Assembly: GCA_963796415.1 (NCBI GenBank)
Contig: CAWCLR010000005.1
Coordinates: forward strand, 147,795-211,794
Direction: 5' to 3'
DNA from: an uncultured Acidimicrobiales bacterium
Lineage (GTDB): Bacteria > Actinomycetota > Acidimicrobiia > Acidimicrobiales > VFJN01
Length of the DNA: 64,000 nucleotides
Translations under genes and position numbers: made by a program
Part shown: piece after piece, positions 61,617 through 64,000 of the stretch
How the letters are laid out: each line of letters begins with the position of its first letter
Numbering within the stretch: position 1 is the stretch's first letter
Notes under the pieces: generated by a model
Databases searched by the model: none
The model's input: the letters and a program-made list of their open reading frames with translations, nothing else
What the model was told of the DNA's origin: nothing

Positions 61617-61712
61617 CTGCGGATCGAGTACGAGTACTCCCCCCTCCACTCGTCGCTCTCTGCAGAAATGACAGTGCCGTCTGCATCCCCCCTGCAGGCG
61701 GCATTGTCGCGT
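61617..61712 (+). ncRNA. 6C-like RNA (two hairpins each with a six-C loop)
   Basis: Hairpin 61626-61658 with CCCCCC at 61639-44; hairpin 61670-61708 with CCCCCC at 61687-92; TACACT -10 at 61532. Confidence 0.65.
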
Positions 61713-61752
61713 CCAGGACCTGCTCAGCCGGTGACGCGACGCCTCTGCCGTG

Positions 61753-62355
61753 TCAGGGCTGCACGCCGCGCAGGCCCCGCCATGCCAGGTCGGCGAGCTG
61801 GTGGGCCAGGCGATCGGGGTCGGCGTCGCTGTTCGACTTGAGCCAGTGGATGCTGGCCCCCTCGATCATCCCGACGATGCCGTGGCCCATCACCCGGCGC
61901 TGCTCGGGGCTGAGACCCTCGACCTCGATGAGCGTGGCGACGAGCGCCGCCACCGCGGTCTCGGTCTGGTTCACGACCTCGGCGAACTCCTCGTCGCGGG
62001 CCATGGAGCCGCCGTAGAACAGGCGGAAGGCGTCGCGGTGCCGGTCGACGTAGGAGAAGTAGGCCGAGAACCCGAGCTCGACCATCTCGCGCGGCCCCTC
62101 GGCCGCCGTGACGGCCTTGGTGATCGTGTCCTGCAGATCACGCCCGACGTCGCTCAGCAGCTCGGCGAACAGCTCGCGCTTCGACGCGAAGTGCTGGTAG
62201 AGGACGGGCTTCGTGACGCCGGCCGCGATCGCGATGTCGTTCATCGACGCGTCGTGGAAGCCCCGCTCGGCGAACACCTGCATCGCCACGTCGAGGAGCT
62301 GTCGACGCCGGCGAGCGGCGGGGAGTCGGGTGGACACGCGGATGTCGTCCTTCAT
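61753..62355 (-). CDS. TetR family regulator
   Basis: RRRQLLDVA..VF.ERGF...SMNDIA..AGVTKPVLYQHF.SK; start 62355 or 62337. Confidence 0.92.
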   Translation of the reverse strand: MKDDIRVSTRLPAARRRRQLLDVAMQVFAERGFHDASMNDIAIAAGVTKPVLYQHFASKRELFAELLSDVGRDLQDTITKAVTAAEGPREMVELGFSAYFSYVDRHRDAFRLFYGGSMARDEEFAEVVNQTETAVAALVATLIEVEGLSPEQRRVMGHGIVGMIEGASIHWLKSNSDADPDRLAHQLADLAWRGLRGVQP

Positions 62356-62430
62356 GGGAGGCCAGCGAGGCGTCGGGCCCGCGCCCACGTCGGGCGACGG
62401 TTCTCCAGGGGTGTGACGCCGTTCATATCA

Positions 62431-62446
62431 GTTACTTCACGGTAAC
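62431..62446. promoter_or_regulatory. GTTAC-N6-GTAAC operator upstream of TetR
   Basis: GTTACttcacgGTAAC. Confidence 0.6.
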
Positions 62447-62484
62447 AGTCCGGCGCCGCGCGTGCGGGGGACCCTGCCCGCGGC

Positions 62485-62754
62485 TCAGCGGGTGGCGCCG
62501 CGCTCGCGGTCCTCGCGGTCGGCCGCCTTGACGGCGTAGCCGATCACGATGGCGGGCGCGAGCAACGCCGACCCGACGCCGAGCGCGACCAGGATGGCGG
62601 TGACGACGGCCCCGGTGAACCCGCCGACGAACCCGACCACGAACAGCACGACCGCCGCCCCGAACAGCCCGTAGCCGACCCGCTGTGCCAGCTCGGCGCC
62701 GCGGGCGAGCTGCCGGCGGCGCGCCAGGACGGGATCGGCGGGGGAGGGGTCCAC
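62485..62754 (-). CDS. Small two-TM membrane protein
   Basis: DPVLARR..GYGLFGAAVVLF..LAPAIVIGYAVKAADRED; CACGAT 6 nt before GTG. Confidence 0.7.
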   Translation of the reverse strand: MDPSPADPVLARRRQLARGAELAQRVGYGLFGAAVVLFVVGFVGGFTGAVVTAILVALGVGSALLAPAIVIGYAVKAADREDRERGATR

Positions 62755-62839
62755 CCCCGCATCGTGCCAACCCCGTCGGCCCGCGGGCCAGACGGCGCGC
62801 CGCATGTCGGCGCGTTCGCTCGCCGTCGGGCCGCTGACG

Positions 62840-63668
62840 TCAGCCCTCGCCGCCGGTGGGGAGGTCGGTGATGCCGCAGTCGGTGACCGCGTCGAGGATC
62901 GACGACATGTCCTCGGGCGTGAGCGACGACATGTCCCCGCCGGACTCGCCGATCTCGGCCAGCCGGTCGGGCCCGAGCCCGTCGAGCATCGCGTTCGGTG
63001 AAGCACTCGGCCTGCTCGCGCGTGAAGCCCGAGCTCTCGAGCTGGTCGGCGACGACGTCGACGATGGCCGCGCGCACCTCGGGGTCGTCGAAGTCGATGT
63101 CGCCGCTGCTGAGGTCGATCGAGGTGTCGGTGGTGTCGTCCGCGACCGTCGTGTCGGGCGTGTCGGTGTCGGGCTCGGTCGTCACGGACCCCGTCGGGTC
63201 GGAGGTCGAGGTCTCGTCGCCGTCGCCGTCGTCACCCGTGAGCACGACCACGATGGCGACGATCAGGGCGAGGGCCAGCGCGCCGAGGCCGACGAGCAGC
63301 CCCGTCGACGGGCCCGACCGCGGCGGCTTGGCCGGCGGGACCGGGCCGCTGCCGTACGCCGGGTACCCGGTCGTGGGGCCGTACCCGCCGGGCCCGGCAC
63401 CGGCATCGGCGGGTGGGTAGCCGGCGGGACCGCCCGGCGGCGTGGGCGTGCCGTAGGCGGCGGTCGGGGCGAAGCCCTGCGTGGGGTCCATGACCGAGGT
63501 GGGCTCGCCGGACGGCGCCGGGCCGCCGGGCGCCGGGAGGCCGGGGGCGGGGTCGACCGACGTGTCGCCGGCGTCGGAGACGTCGTCGGTCCACGTGCCG
63601 CCGTCCCAGTACCGGTACTCGTGCCGGCCGGAGGGGTCGGGCTGCCACCCGGGCGCGCTTGCGTTCAT
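62840..63668 (-). CDS. DUF2510 domain membrane protein; one extra base at ~62994
   Basis: PGWQPDPSGRHEYRYWDG..WT, Pro-rich linker, TM; C-terminal EQAEC..AMLD..DC in the shifted frame. Confidence 0.8.
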
Positions 63669-63791
63669 GCGATGGTCCTTGCGTTCGTGGCGCCCGCCCC
63701 CGCGAGCGCGTCCGCCGGGTCCGCATCGTAGGACCTGGTGGGGTTGGCGCGACATCGGGCCCTACGAGCCACCCCACTAGCGTCCTCGGCC

Positions 63792-64000
63792 GTGATCCAC
63801 TCCGAGCCCCGCGGCCACGTCGTCGTCCTCACGATCGACCGCCCCGAGCGGCGCAACGCGGTCGACCACGCCGCCCTCGAGTCCCTGGCGGCGGCGCTGG
63901 ACGGCTGCGGCGACGACGTCCGCACGGTCGTGCTCACCGGCGCCGGCGGGCACTTCTGCGCGGGGGCCGACCTCGCCGGGGTCAAGGACGCGGGCTTCCC
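63792..64000 (+). CDS. Enoyl-CoA hydratase/isomerase, truncated by window end
   Basis: LTIDRPERRNAV, VVLTGAGGHFCAGADL. Confidence 0.85.
   Translation, partial: MIHSEPRGHVVVLTIDRPERRNAVDHAALESLAAALDGCGDDVRTVVLTGAGGHFCAGADLAGVKDAGF

Overview
About 64 kb of a very GC-rich actinobacterial chromosome. Gene content and style suggest Acidimicrobiia, but this is inference only. It carries about 58 genes. Housekeeping or metabolic genes include zwf, a fused 2-oxoacid dehydrogenase E1 alpha/beta, phhA, glcDEF, lon, valS, cysS, an acyl-CoA dehydrogenase, aqpZ and an MscS channel; there is also a VapBC toxin-antitoxin pair, several regulators and many membrane proteins of unknown function. I saw no rRNA, tRNA, CRISPR array, transposase or integrase. 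About ten genes, including essential valS, are split by single-base indels, most likely assembly errors. Main hunt results: (1) a palindrome TCACCC-N5-GGGTGA occurs at six intergenic sites, mostly exactly 22 nt upstream of a -10-like hexamer. One site is in front of a MalT-type LuxR regulator and the others precede a consistent set of membrane/envelope genes, so this is a candidate undescribed regulon. (2) A translationally coupled operon encodes a Get3/ArsA ATPase, a small partner, an unknown 464-aa protein and an MpaB/Lcp-type heme oxygenase, next to a SARP-cyclase-NTPase regulator. (3) There is a 6C-like RNA and a second C-loop sRNA candidate. (4) Smaller signals include an IdeR/DtxR-like box, a TetR operator pair, a gene cassette flanked by 40-bp direct repeats, a MIRU-like start-codon insertion and a synonymous ghost copy of a gene 3' end.
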